A stretch of 64,000 nucleotides of DNA from Patescibacteria group bacterium (GTDB taxonomy: Bacteria > Patescibacteriota > Dojkabacteria > J137): positions 709,608 to 773,607 of the forward strand of contig CAUJCN010000002.1 of the NCBI GenBank assembly GCA_963169855.1. Reading direction: 5' to 3'. Each line of letters starts with the position of its first letter. Position 1 is the first letter of the stretch. A program made the translations under genes and the position numbers. A model generated the notes under the pieces. The model saw nothing but the letters and a program-made list of their open reading frames with translations, did no database searches and was not told the origin of the DNA. Shown in pieces: positions 24,689 through 34,026 of the stretch.

Positions 24689-24812
24689 GAACTCCCCTGA
24701 CTCCGCAAAACGGAGACTTCCCCTCTTTGTAAGAGGGGAAATCCTGATTCATCGGGATAGGGAGCTCTTGTCATGTGACTAGAAATCCTTAAAAATGGTA
24801 TAATTACATACT

Positions 24813-25907
24813 ATGGAATTTAAACCAAAAGAGTCTACTAGACCTGGATTAAGGGAAAAAGTGCTTTTTGAGATTAAAAAACAACAATCTAGAATTGTTG
24901 CTAACTCTCACTGGGGTAGAAGCTATACCTACAAACAGCTTATTCACATTTCTATTATTGCTATAACTATTGGTGTTTTTGCAAGTGGTTTAAACGCAAG
25001 AGCAACTACTGCTAATAATGAAATTCAATATGCCAGTGCTGCTTCTTACACAAACGTAGATACCTTACAACAAGGAGCATTCATAGAAACTCAAGTATCT
25101 GTTACAGGAAGTTTAAACTTCAGTTTCAGTGAATATACTGTTCAACCAGGTGATTCTGTTCAATCCATTGCCGACCAATTTGCAATTTCCAAAGATACTT
25201 TAAAATGGGCAAATGCAATTATCGACTATTACTCCGAAGCAATTGATGCTGGTACGAAACTTGTTGTTCCAGAAATCGATGGAGTTCTTTATCAAGTACA
25301 AGAAGGCGATACACTAGATTCTGTTCTAGAAAAAACTTCTGGTGATAGATTCCAAGTGGTAGAAATTAATCAATTGCTGGGTCCAGAGTTCAAACTGGCT
25401 ACGGGTATTAGAATTTTAGTGCCAGGAGGAAAGTTAGAAATTGCACCTCCACCAGCACCAGAACCTGCTCAAGGACAGACTTATTATTACTATACTGGTC
25501 CAGCTGTTGATGTTTCAGCTCTAGCAGGAATATCATTTATAAACCCTATGGGTGCTTGCGGTGGATATACAGAAAGTAGAGGATACTTACCTTGGCATAA
25601 CGGAGTAGACTTATCTGGAGCTTATGGATGTCCTATCGTTGCCGCTGCAGCTGGAGTTGTTGACTATGTAGGTTGGTCTAACTGGGGAGAAGGAAATATG
25701 GTTAGAATTTATCATGGAAATGGTGTTTATACTTCCTACTATCACGGCAGTGGGTTTGGTCCAATTTCCTTAGGACAACAAGTAAATGCAGGGGATTTAA
25801 TCATGTACGAAGGAAGTACAGGTAACTCCACAGGTCCTCACTTACACTTCGGGTTAAGATTGGGAGCTTACGACTTTATTGATCCAAGACCGTACGTTCC
25901 TTGGTAA
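24813..25907 (+). CDS. LysM-domain M23 peptidoglycan endopeptidase
   Basis: TM, two LysM repeats (YTVQPGDS, YQVQEGDT), Pro-rich linker, HNGVD and HLH M23 motifs. Confidence 0.92.
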   Translation: MEFKPKESTRPGLREKVLFEIKKQQSRIVANSHWGRSYTYKQLIHISIIAITIGVFASGLNARATTANNEIQYASAASYTNVDTLQQGAFIETQVSVTGSLNFSFSEYTVQPGDSVQSIADQFAISKDTLKWANAIIDYYSEAIDAGTKLVVPEIDGVLYQVQEGDTLDSVLEKTSGDRFQVVEINQLLGPEFKLATGIRILVPGGKLEIAPPPAPEPAQGQTYYYYTGPAVDVSALAGISFINPMGACGGYTESRGYLPWHNGVDLSGAYGCPIVAAAAGVVDYVGWSNWGEGNMVRIYHGNGVYTSYYHGSGFGPISLGQQVNAGDLIMYEGSTGNSTGPHLHFGLRLGAYDFIDPRPYVPW

Positions 25908-25921
25908 AATTCCAGGAGCTT

Positions 25922-26428
25922 TTAAGCTTCATTAATCCACTGATTTAAATCAAAAAAAGGTCTTTTCCACTTTGGTAAAGATTCTCTCTTAGCAGCGATT
26001 ACGGCATCATGAGCTTCTTTTGCATCTTGAACTCTTTTCTGAACTGACGCTACATATAGTTCAGGATCTTTAAATTCTGATTCACGGAAATCTTGCCGAG
26101 CTTTGAAGATGAATTCTAAAGTGTCACTAATCATTTTTAGTTCCCAAACGATGAAATGAGCTGCCATTTCTTCCGAAAAGCTAACTGTACTAATGAAAGC
26201 ATTAAATACAGCATCATCTAGGATAGCTTTCAATGCAATAGGGTTAGTTATTGGTGATCGGTGCATTGATTGGATCGCTTTTAAAAACATTACTCGATTT
26301 CCGCCTGATTTAAATGGATCACATGCAAGATCAGCTTTAAGTTTTTCTAATTTTTCAACGGCTTCTCTTTCGGCAATTGCTGCTACGCCCATCTTTTCAT
26401 ACCAATCGCTATAATCATTCATTCTCAT
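25922..26428 (-). CDS. Hypothetical protein
   Basis: 168-aa ORF with upstream TATAAT. Confidence 0.65.
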   Translation of the reverse strand: MRMNDYSDWYEKMGVAAIAEREAVEKLEKLKADLACDPFKSGGNRVMFLKAIQSMHRSPITNPIALKAILDDAVFNAFISTVSFSEEMAAHFIVWELKMISDTLEFIFKARQDFRESEFKDPELYVASVQKRVQDAKEAHDAVIAAKRESLPKWKRPFFDLNQWINEA

Positions 26429-26479
26429 ATTGAAGTTTTAACTATTGGGATTATAGAGCTTAGGGTAGGGAAGTGTAAA

Positions 26480-26535
26480 TATCCTTGGTAGGAGTCTCCA
26501 CCTGCGCCAAGGCTACGGTGGACATGGAACCTACA
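26480..26535 (-). pseudogene. 3' half of a tRNA-Arg-like gene, T-loop interrupted by a 30-nt palindrome
   Basis: Minus strand: TGTAGGTTC[CATGTCCACCGTAGCCTTGGCGCAGGTGGA]GACTCCTACCAAGGATA. Confidence 0.8.
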
Positions 26536-26538
26536 ATA

Positions 26539-26610
26539 TATCCCTAGTAGGAATCGAACCTACATCTGAGCCTTAGGAGTGCCCTGTTCTATCCGTTGAA
26601 CTATAGGGAC
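26539..26610 (-). tRNA. tRNA-Arg (CCT)
   Basis: Acceptor GTCCCTA/TAGGGAT, loop CTCCTAA, T-arm GTAGG-TTCGATT-CCTAC. Confidence 0.92.
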
Positions 26611-26618
26611 GGATACAT

Positions 26619-26675
26619 TTCTAGCCATTGCCTGCCTGCCGAAGCATTTAATGCGTAAGTAGGAGCTACAAGGAC
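26619..26675 (-). pseudogene. 5' half of a tRNA-Arg-like gene, D-stem interrupted by a 33-nt palindrome
   Basis: Minus strand: GTCCTTGTAGCT[CCTACTTACGCATTAAATGCTTCGGCAGGCAGG]CAATGGCTAGAA. Confidence 0.75.
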
Positions 26676-26738
26676 AACTCTGAATTATACCAAAAGATCC
26701 TGGATTAAATCCGGGATCTGAGCGTACTAATTGATAGA

Positions 26739-27338
26739 TTATTCTCTATTTTCCCAATCAAGAGAGTAGAGAACTTTTTCGATTGCTAAGTCGTAATGAT
26801 GAATTTCATCTTCTGTGAACCAGATTTTGATTTCATTTTCTGCTTCTTCTACAGTTCCAGATGCGTGAACTAGATTTCTAACCGCTCTTTCTGAATCGTC
26901 TGCGATAAAGTAAGAATCGATTGTTAAGTCTGCAGTAATAGATCCAACATCAGCAGATAAAGGATTTGTTGCTCCTCTAATTTTTCGAACGTGTCCAACA
27001 GCATGCGCACCTTCGATAACCATAACTACAACAGGTCCAGCTGTAATGTAAGTTAAAAGTTTTTTCTGAATATCTTTAGCAATTTCGATTGGAGTCCTAG
27101 TTACTTCGATTCCCTTTTCTTTGTAAGCAGCAATAGTTCGTTCTCCTAATGTAATCATTGCTGATTCTGGTTGATCGTAATGCTTCTCTGCTTGAGCCAT
27201 TGTTGGCCAAACCATCTTCATCGCAGCGATTTTTAAACCTTTTCTTTCGAATCTAGAGATAACTTCTCCGATTAATCCTCTTTGTACTGAATCTGGTTTT
27301 AAGATAACCAAAGATCTCTCTATATGAGTGTTGTTCAT
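26739..27338 (-). CDS. ndk: Nucleoside diphosphate kinase
   Basis: ERSLVILKPDSVQRGLIGEVISRFE and catalytic RNLVHAS. Confidence 0.96.
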   Translation of the reverse strand: MNNTHIERSLVILKPDSVQRGLIGEVISRFERKGLKIAAMKMVWPTMAQAEKHYDQPESAMITLGERTIAAYKEKGIEVTRTPIEIAKDIQKKLLTYITAGPVVVMVIEGAHAVGHVRKIRGATNPLSADVGSITADLTIDSYFIADDSERAVRNLVHASGTVEEAENEIKIWFTEDEIHHYDLAIEKVLYSLDWENRE

Positions 27339-27364
27339 AAAATGTAGATAATAATTTGTTAAAT

Positions 27365-27994
27365 TTAGAAGTTTACTTTGCTTTTTATTACTTCTAGGAT
27401 TGAAGATTTTACCTCTTCTATCGATCTATTACCATCAATTTCGATCCAATCTCCAAATTCGTTTCTTGATTTCATTAACTTGTAAATCTCTCGAAGTCTT
27501 TTTTGCTTGTCTAAACTTCTTTCGAACATATCCAAACCTTCTTCATGCCCATCTTCGTGTGCTTTTCTATCCATCGCGATAGCTGGATCTACATCGATGT
27601 AAATAGTTAGGTCTGGTTCAGGAATTCTGAAATCTTTAGCATAAGCCAATAATTTTTCATGTTCAACTTGACCCATTAAATGTGCCTGATATGCGATTGT
27701 AGTAGTGAAATAACCGTCCGCAAGATACAAAGAGTCATTTGTATTCACATGTGGCCAAATATTGTCTGTTTCGAGCGTTTTATCTAATAAGAATGCTAGC
27801 AACCAAGATTCGTTGTTCATTTCGATCTCGCCCTGCAAGGCCCTGTGGGTTAGAACAGAGTAGAAGTCGTTGTGTAAAGGAAATCCTTGAGATTTTAGAT
27901 TAAATTCAGGGTGTTCTGTTTGGATTAATTTAGTTAGTTCTTCGCGCTGCTTGCCTTTTCCTCCTCCGTCAATTGATTCTAAAACAATAAACAT
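27365..27994 (-). CDS. tmk: Thymidylate kinase
   Basis: FIVLESIDGGGKG P-loop, TTIAYQ, PDLTIYIDVDP, IDGNRSIEEV. Confidence 0.88.
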   Translation of the reverse strand: MFIVLESIDGGGKGKQREELTKLIQTEHPEFNLKSQGFPLHNDFYSVLTHRALQGEIEMNNESWLLAFLLDKTLETDNIWPHVNTNDSLYLADGYFTTTIAYQAHLMGQVEHEKLLAYAKDFRIPEPDLTIYIDVDPAIAMDRKAHEDGHEEGLDMFERSLDKQKRLREIYKLMKSRNEFGDWIEIDGNRSIEEVKSSILEVIKSKVNF

Positions 27995-28042
27995 AATTTA
28001 AGTTCTAACCAAATAAAGTTTATCATACAAAATCAAGGGTAC

Positions 28043-28108
28043 AAAAAATCCCGCTTTTCAGCGGGTAGAGTAGATAAGTAGATAAAAAAACCCTGCTTTC
28101 GCAGGGTT
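28043..28108 (-). terminator. Two tandem terminators after rplL
   Basis: CCCGC/GCGGG and ACCCTGC/GCAGGGT hairpins, each with a U-tract on the minus strand. Confidence 0.75.
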
Positions 28109-28156
28109 GAATTAATTCTAAGAATCGAACAGCTTAACGCTGTTCTCTTCAAGAAA

Positions 28157-28546
28157 TTACTTCACTTCAACTTCTCCTCCTTCAGCTTCGATTTGTTTCT
28201 TAATGTCTTCAGCTTCTTCTTTCTTTGCTCCTTCCTTGATTGGCTTTGGTGCTGCATCAACAAGATCTTTAGCTTCTTTTAAGCCTAATCCTGTGATAGT
28301 CTTTACCACTTTGATAACTCCAATCTTTTTGTCAGCAGGAACTGATTTTAGAATTACATCGAATTCTGTCTTTTCCTCTGCTGCTTCTCCAGCTGCTGCA
28401 CCTGCTACAGGCATTGCTGCCATTGCCATAGGAGCTGCTGCTTTTACATCAAAAGTTTCTTCTAGAGATTTCTTTAATTCGAAAGCTTCTACTACAGATA
28501 ACTCTTTGATTGCATCGACAATCTTTTGAACTTTGTCTGTTGCCAT
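28157..28546 (-). CDS. rplL: 50S ribosomal protein L7/L12
   Basis: [30 protein letters not shown]. Confidence 0.98.
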   Translation of the reverse strand: MATDKVQKIVDAIKELSVVEAFELKKSLEETFDVKAAAPMAMAAMPVAGAAAGEAAEEKTEFDVILKSVPADKKIGVIKVVKTITGLGLKEAKDLVDAAPKPIKEGAKKEEAEDIKKQIEAEGGEVEVK

Positions 28547-28582
28547 ACTATAAAAATAATAATTAACTAAATATTAAGTTTT

Positions 28583-29116
28583 TTACTTACCTTCGTAAGC
28601 CATATCGATAATAGTTGCGATTGATCGAACTGGGTCTTCCAGCACATTTACTACAGAGCTCATAGCATTATCAAGTACACCAAGAATCAATCCGATTGAA
28701 GTCTTCTTGTCTGGCATATCTGCTAATTCACTAACCTGTTCTGCACTTAGTACTGCATTTTCAAGGTAACCTGCAACTAACGCTACCTTTTTATCTTTTT
28801 CTTTGGTAATAGTTTTGTCTACGAATTTCTGCAACAATTTTGATGGTTGGATATAATCCTCACCCATGAACATTACCGCGTATTCACCCGCTTCCATCTC
28901 TAAACCAGAGATATCAGATTCCTTTAAGGCAATTTTGAACAAAGAGTTCTTAACTACATTAAAGCTTGCTCCAAAGTCAAAAATATCTCTTCTAAATTGA
29001 GAAACTTCGTTAGGTGTAAGCTTTGAAGGCTTTACAATTACGAAAGATGTCGCTTTAGCGATTTTATCTTTGTATTCGGCTACAACATTTTTCTTTTGAT
29101 CTTTTGTTTTTGCCAT
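28583..29116 (-). CDS. rplJ: 50S ribosomal protein L10
   Basis: VVKNSLFKIAL; position between rplA and rplL. Confidence 0.93.
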   Translation of the reverse strand: MAKTKDQKKNVVAEYKDKIAKATSFVIVKPSKLTPNEVSQFRRDIFDFGASFNVVKNSLFKIALKESDISGLEMEAGEYAVMFMGEDYIQPSKLLQKFVDKTITKEKDKKVALVAGYLENAVLSAEQVSELADMPDKKTSIGLILGVLDNAMSSVVNVLEDPVRSIATIIDMAYEGK

Positions 29117-29143
29117 ATTAGCAAGTAAATAAATTATTTTATT

Positions 29144-29254
29144 AAAAAAGCACTCTTTCGAGTGCTCTAATAATCAATTTAAATTTCTATCTCTAGAATT
29201 GATTCTTAAAGTCTCGGTAGGATTTACGATTTCTCGACCCACTGTCTATGACCT
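29144..29254 (-). promoter_or_regulatory. L10 leader plus attenuator hairpin
   Basis: Minus strand TAGACAGTGGG...TAAATCCTACCGAG resembles the L10 leader; followed by AGCACTC-GAAA-GAGTGCT-TTTT. Confidence 0.75.
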
Positions 29255-29284
29255 TTCTACTACGCCAAGGCTTCGTAGAATCGT

Positions 29285-29938
29285 TTATAGATTTTTGATT
29301 ATATCATTAACATCAACTTTTACGCTAGATCCCATAGTAGGCTTTACAATTACCTGTTTAAATGGACTAGATCCGTATTTCTTTACATCAACAGAAAGAG
29401 CTCTAAAGAAAGCGATAATGTTTTCTTCGATCTGTTCTGCTGTCATATCCAATTTAGCAATCTTCAACTTGATAACTCCTTGATCCTGGATTGATTTGTA
29501 ACTTGATCTTCCAGATTTGAAACTAGCAACTGCTTTTCCAACTTCCTGAGAGATTGTTCCATTCTTTGGGTTTGGCATTAATCCTTTAGGTCCAAGAATT
29601 TTTCCTAATCTTACTAGCTTAGGCATTGCAGATGGAGTAGCGATAACTACATCGAAATCTCCAAAACCACCTTCTAATTCTTTTGATAGATCATCCATTC
29701 CAGCTTTAACAGCTCCTGCTTCTAAAGCTTCTTTTACTAGGTTTTCTTCGCAGAAAACGATTACTTTTTTGTCTTCTCCGAATGTATTAGGTAAAGCAAA
29801 GCTTCCTCTAATAACATCTTTCTTTTGTTTTTCTTTTAAGTTTAGCTGCACATCCAAATCAACAGAACCAACAAATTTAGATTTGCTTAATTCAGGTAAT
29901 TGTTTTACGGCTTCTTTTAATGCGATTGGATTACTCAT
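29285..29938 (-). CDS. rplA: 50S ribosomal protein L1
   Basis: FDVVIATP, LGKILGPKGLMPNPKNGT, PTMG. Confidence 0.97.
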   Translation of the reverse strand: MSNPIALKEAVKQLPELSKSKFVGSVDLDVQLNLKEKQKKDVIRGSFALPNTFGEDKKVIVFCEENLVKEALEAGAVKAGMDDLSKELEGGFGDFDVVIATPSAMPKLVRLGKILGPKGLMPNPKNGTISQEVGKAVASFKSGRSSYKSIQDQGVIKLKIAKLDMTAEQIEENIIAFFRALSVDVKKYGSSPFKQVIVKPTMGSSVKVDVNDIIKNL

Positions 29939-29941
29939 AGT

Positions 29942-30367
29942 TTATTCGATAACTTCTATACCTAAGCTTTTTGCTACACCAGCAACAATATTAACTGCTG
30001 ACTTCACATTTTTTGTATTTAAATCAGGAAGTTTTCTTTCGGCGATTTCCAAAAGTTCACTTTTCTTCACTGTTTTAATTTTATCTTTATTTGGTGTTCC
30101 AGATCCTTTTTCAAGTTTGAACTTTTTCTTTAACATACCAGCAACAGTTGGTTGCTTATATTCTAATTTGAAAGTTCTATCTTTGAATACAGTTACAATA
30201 ACTGGAATTTCTTCTTCTCCCATTCCTGCAGTTTTTGCATTGAATTGAGTACAGAATTCCTGAATATTGATTCCGTTTTGTCCTAGAACAGGTCCTAGTG
30301 GAGGAGCTGGATTAGCTTTTCCTGCCATTATCTGTACTTTGAATGTACTTGTAATTTCCTTTGCCAT
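29942..30367 (-). CDS. rplK: 50S ribosomal protein L11
   Basis: AGKANPAPPLGPVLGQ, FCTQFNAKT. Confidence 0.98.
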   Translation of the reverse strand: MAKEITSTFKVQIMAGKANPAPPLGPVLGQNGINIQEFCTQFNAKTAGMGEEEIPVIVTVFKDRTFKLEYKQPTVAGMLKKKFKLEKGSGTPNKDKIKTVKKSELLEIAERKLPDLNTKNVKSAVNIVAGVAKSLGIEVIE

Positions 30368-30377
30368 ATTGTTTTAC

Positions 30378-30998
30378 TTAATTAGTGTCCGATAACTTAG
30401 ATAACATCAAAAGGTCAATATCAACTGGTGTATCTCTATCGAACAGAGATAATAACACTCTTGCCTTGCCTTTGTCTTCACTTACGCTTTCAATTGTACC
30501 GATGAATTCCTTGAAAGGACCTTCGATAACTTTTACTGCGTCTCCAACATTAAATAGAACTTTGTAAGTAGGTTCTGATTTAACTTCGATAAATCCTAAC
30601 TGTTTATCATCTAAAGCAGTTGGAAGTTTTGGTTTTGCAGTCATACCTAAGAAGCTTTGAACTCCTTCTGTATTTCTTACTAATTGCAAAGTATTTTCAT
30701 TTGCAATCATTCTTACAAAAACATATCCAGGGTAAATTCTTTCCTGAACAGTAGTTTTCTTTCCTCTTACAATAGCTATTTTCTCCTGAACAGGGACAAC
30801 AGCATCAATAATTTCGTTTTCTAAATTGTTAGCTCTTGCTCTTACTTTAATTAGTTTTGCAACGCTATTTTCTTTTCCAGATGCGCTAGCTAGAATGTAC
30901 CACTTTAAATCAGGGTTTGATTCAATAGATGGGTCTAGTTTTACATCTTCAACAATATCCTGTACTTCCTCTTCCTTTTTTGTAACTTTTTTAGCCAT
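30378..30998 (-). CDS. nusG: Transcription elongation factor NusG
   Basis: WY...SGKE, IYPGYVFV, KOW motif GDAVKVIEGPF. Confidence 0.97.
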   Translation of the reverse strand: MAKKVTKKEEEVQDIVEDVKLDPSIESNPDLKWYILASASGKENSVAKLIKVRARANNLENEIIDAVVPVQEKIAIVRGKKTTVQERIYPGYVFVRMIANENTLQLVRNTEGVQSFLGMTAKPKLPTALDDKQLGFIEVKSEPTYKVLFNVGDAVKVIEGPFKEFIGTIESVSEDKGKARVLLSLFDRDTPVDIDLLMLSKLSDTN

Positions 30999-31001
30999 AA
31001 C

Positions 31002-31196
31002 TTAGAAAATAACTAAATCTCTGATCCTGATTATAACAGTATCTAATGCGAAAATTAACACAACACTAACGATAATGAACACGAAAATAAAAAATCCCCA
31101 TCCTAGTGCTTTGCTTCTTGGAATATAAGTAACTTGCTTTAATTCAGCAACTACTTTCCCAAAAAAACTTCTTATATTTTTAAAAATTCTAAACAT
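31002..31196 (-). CDS. secE: Preprotein translocase subunit SecE
   Basis: ELKQVTY plus TM; tRNA-Trp-secE-nusG synteny. Confidence 0.88.
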   Translation of the reverse strand: MFRIFKNIRSFFGKVVAELKQVTYIPRSKALGWGFFIFVFIIVSVVLIFALDTVIIRIRDLVIF

Positions 31197-31220
31197 ATTA
31201 ATTTCAAATTGTGAATAATT

Positions 31221-31295
31221 TGGCAGGGCCGCCAGGATTTGAACCCGGGCGAAGGATTTTGGAGATCCTCATGCTACCAGCTACATCACAGCCCT
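31221..31295 (-). tRNA. tRNA-Trp (CCA)
   Basis: AGGGCTG...CGGCCCT-GCCA, loop CTCCAAA, bacterial G73. Confidence 0.95.
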
Positions 31296-31400
31296 AAATA
31301 AATTAAGATCAAAGATTAAAAATTAAAAGATCAAAGTCGATTTTCAAACCTTTAAACTTTTTACCTTTAATCCTTTCTCTAGGACCGGTTTATTAAATAT

Positions 31401-31586
31401 CTATTTAACCTTCTTGGTTAATTTAAATTCAGTATGTTTTCTTAGCTTCTTGCTATATTTCTTAATAACTTTATCAGTTAAATCTTCAGAAGATTTCTTT
31501 GATAACTTTACTGTGTAATGTTCTCCAGTCTCTGCGTTAATAAATCTGAAAACGTTTGATTTCTTTTTCTTTGATGAACCTGCCAT
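31401..31586 (-). CDS. rpmG: 50S ribosomal protein L33 (zinc-free type)
   Basis: TGEHYT and KKYSKKLRKHTEFK; synteny upstream of tRNA-Trp-secE. Confidence 0.85.
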   Translation of the reverse strand: MAGSSKKKKSNVFRFINAETGEHYTVKLSKKSSEDLTDKVIKKYSKKLRKHTEFKLTKKVK

Positions 31587-31688
31587 GCGATATGTGATTA
31601 AACTTGAAGATTATATCGTTATATTCGAATATTTTCAATTCAATTTTAGTAGTAAATACAATAAAAGTAGGACTTTTCGGCTTAAAAA

Positions 31689-32576
31689 CTAAAAAGTTTG
31701 GTTGTAACCGCTTTTTTGAGCAGTTTTTAGTGAGATTTCCCCAATTAAAGTGAAGTAAGTTTCTGAAAATATTGAGTAAGATTGCTTTCCAATAGACACT
31801 TTGATAGTTCCAAACTCATCAGTCCGAAGAACTTTTGAGTTATTTAGAATAGATAGAACATCGTTGGAAGGATGACCGTATGAGTTATTCTTTCCAGAGG
31901 AGATTATGCTAACTTCGGGATTAAGAGTCTCAACAAATTCTTTAGAAGTAGAGTATCGACTACCATGGTGTGATACTTTTAGTAAATCGACATCACCGAT
32001 AACATTCGAAAGTTTGTTCTCGTAGTAAGAACTTAGATCGCCACCAAAAAACGCTTTGAATTGATTAACAGTAAGGACAAAAGATATAGATGCATCGTTG
32101 CTAGATATTTCAAAGAATTGCTCTAGATTCAATGGCCAAATGAACTCTATAGATGAATAGTTGTCGATCATAATCTTCGCACCTGAAAGTGGGGTTAGAT
32201 TTTTAATATTATTTTCTGAAATAGCAACTTTAAGATTCTCTAATGATTTAGATTCTTTGTTCAGAGGAGGGAGAATTATCTGCTTTATTTCGTAGTATTT
32301 AATAAGATTGAGGATTTCCCCATAATGGTCGGAGTCAAAGTGACTTATGATTAGTAGATCTATAATTTTTCTTGGATAAAGAATTAGATCAAGTTCATCC
32401 AGTAGACTTGTTGAGTTTCCTGTATCTATTAGCACAATTTTATTGTCGAAAGTTCTAATCACAGTTGAATCGCCTTGTCCAATATTCAGAAAGCTAATCT
32501 CGAAATTCTGAACAGGAGAGTAGCTTAAAAAGCTAAATGAAAGAGATACTATTAATAAAATTAGGACTTTAGCCAC
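31689..32576 (-). CDS. ComEC C-terminal metallo-beta-lactamase-fold nuclease
   Basis: FLNIGQGD, SHFDSDH, KVSHHGS, NSYGHP, RTDEFG. Confidence 0.9.
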   Translation of the reverse strand: MAKVLILLIVSLSFSFLSYSPVQNFEISFLNIGQGDSTVIRTFDNKIVLIDTGNSTSLLDELDLILYPRKIIDLLIISHFDSDHYGEILNLIKYYEIKQIILPPLNKESKSLENLKVAISENNIKNLTPLSGAKIMIDNYSSIEFIWPLNLEQFFEISSNDASISFVLTVNQFKAFFGGDLSSYYENKLSNVIGDVDLLKVSHHGSRYSTSKEFVETLNPEVSIISSGKNNSYGHPSNDVLSILNNSKVLRTDEFGTIKVSIGKQSYSIFSETYFTLIGEISLKTAQKSGYNQTF

Positions 32577-33943
32577 TTTGTGTTTAAATTAGCTAATATG
32601 TACATAAGTATGATAATTGTGATGCCAGCTAATAAAAATCCGAAGAAGTCAAGTTTCAATGAGATTTCAGAAAATTTAGAGGATAGATCAATTATTAATC
32701 TTATTATAAATTCTACAATTTTAAGCAAAGGTGAAAACACTTCACCAATAACCAGAAGCACGGATGCTAGGGAAGTCAGAGGAGTTAGAATAATATTGAA
32801 AATTATGCTTAACAGATTGAATGAGTTGTTCAATAAAGAAACTGCAGGAAGGGTAAATAACATCACAACTACTTGTTCTGTAATGATTTTTCTAATGCCA
32901 CTTACTTGAATCCTGGAAGCAAGTGTAATACCAAAGTAGGCCAAATATGAAAGTACAATACTAAAGTTGAAAACGTTAAAGGGATTTAAAATCAGGAAAA
33001 AGAGCATAGTAAAAAGGATGATTTTAGTTTTGCTTGAGTAAGTTCCAAAGTAATTTAATGTGGAATTTATTGCGAAAAATATAAAAGCTCTTAAACCAGA
33101 TAAGTTAGTAATTCCAGCAATGAGAAGATAAATAAACCCGGCAGCGACTGTGAGCAGTCCACGTTTTCTTTTATCAACAAAGAATAAACTGCTTTCTAAA
33201 AGAGATAGTATAAGAATAAAGTTGTAACCAGATAAAGCTAGAATATGAAGAGCACCTATTTCTCGAAAATTTTCCTTTAAATCTTTATCTATGAAACTGC
33301 TATCTCCAAACAAAAGTGATTTCGCAAAATCTGAGGATTCTTTAGTTAAATTTTGATTTAGGTTTTCTAAAAGATGATTTTTAGCATCTAACACAAAAGG
33401 AAGTCCATTGTTCAAAACTGTTATAGAATCTTCTTCAACAGAAAGGTATTTATTCTTAGAAAGAGAGTAGTAAGGATTAAAATCAATATACTCAAACTCG
33501 CCAGTAAGTTCGATTCGAGATCCAATTTCGAGGTTACTTGAAAATCCTAGATCCACGATACTGTTAGTATTTTCGCTATAGATTTCGTAATGATCTTGAT
33601 ACTTAGCTAAAACGATAAAAGTATCATCGTTTGAAACAATTGCTATGTTAGCTAAGTTATATATAAATATGTTGGAATATAGTACAGCTAATAATATAAG
33701 AAAAACTCTATATAACTTAAATTTCGAAAACAATAGAACCAAAACTAGGATAATAAAGTAGGGTAGTAATACTGAAATTAAAGAAAAAATTAGGATTAGT
33801 AGGTTTACTGTAACTTCAGAGTTAAGCTGCTTTTTTGTATTTCTCAGAATCTTTTTTGAAATCCGTTTAAGGGAGTAGAGTATCGTCCAAGAAGACGTTC
33901 TCATAAAAGTTCCCAGAGAACTTAAAAGTTTGAGTGTTTTCAA
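32561..33943 (-). CDS. comEC: ComEC/Rec2 competence channel, membrane domain
   Basis: FREIGALHILALSGYN, SGLRA, many TMs; start uncertain. Confidence 0.88.
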   Translation of the reverse strand: MKTLKLLSSLGTFMRTSSWTILYSLKRISKKILRNTKKQLNSEVTVNLLILIFSLISVLLPYFIILVLVLLFSKFKLYRVFLILLAVLYSNIFIYNLANIAIVSNDDTFIVLAKYQDHYEIYSENTNSIVDLGFSSNLEIGSRIELTGEFEYIDFNPYYSLSKNKYLSVEEDSITVLNNGLPFVLDAKNHLLENLNQNLTKESSDFAKSLLFGDSSFIDKDLKENFREIGALHILALSGYNFILILSLLESSLFFVDKRKRGLLTVAAGFIYLLIAGITNLSGLRAFIFFAINSTLNYFGTYSSKTKIILFTMLFFLILNPFNVFNFSIVLSYLAYFGITLASRIQVSGIRKIITEQVVVMLFTLPAVSLLNNSFNLLSIIFNIILTPLTSLASVLLVIGEVFSPLLKIVEFIIRLIIDLSSKFSEISLKLDFFGFLLAGITIIILMYILANLNTKWLKS

Positions 33944-34026
33944 TTATATAAATCTTAATAGCTAGGCTTATGGCCAGCAGAATAAGATAAATGATATTCC
34001 GCTTTTTCATTCTGAGATTTTAGAAC

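Noticed and set aside
29149-29166. AGCACTC...GAGTGCT as a CIRCE operator
   Set aside because: The spacer is 4 nt (GAAA) and is followed by a U-tract, so it fits the L10-leader attenuator hairpin.
31689-33943. Split comEC as a frameshifted pseudogene
   Set aside because: The second ORF has its own ATG and signal-like N-terminus, and two-gene comEC is a common arrangement in CPR.
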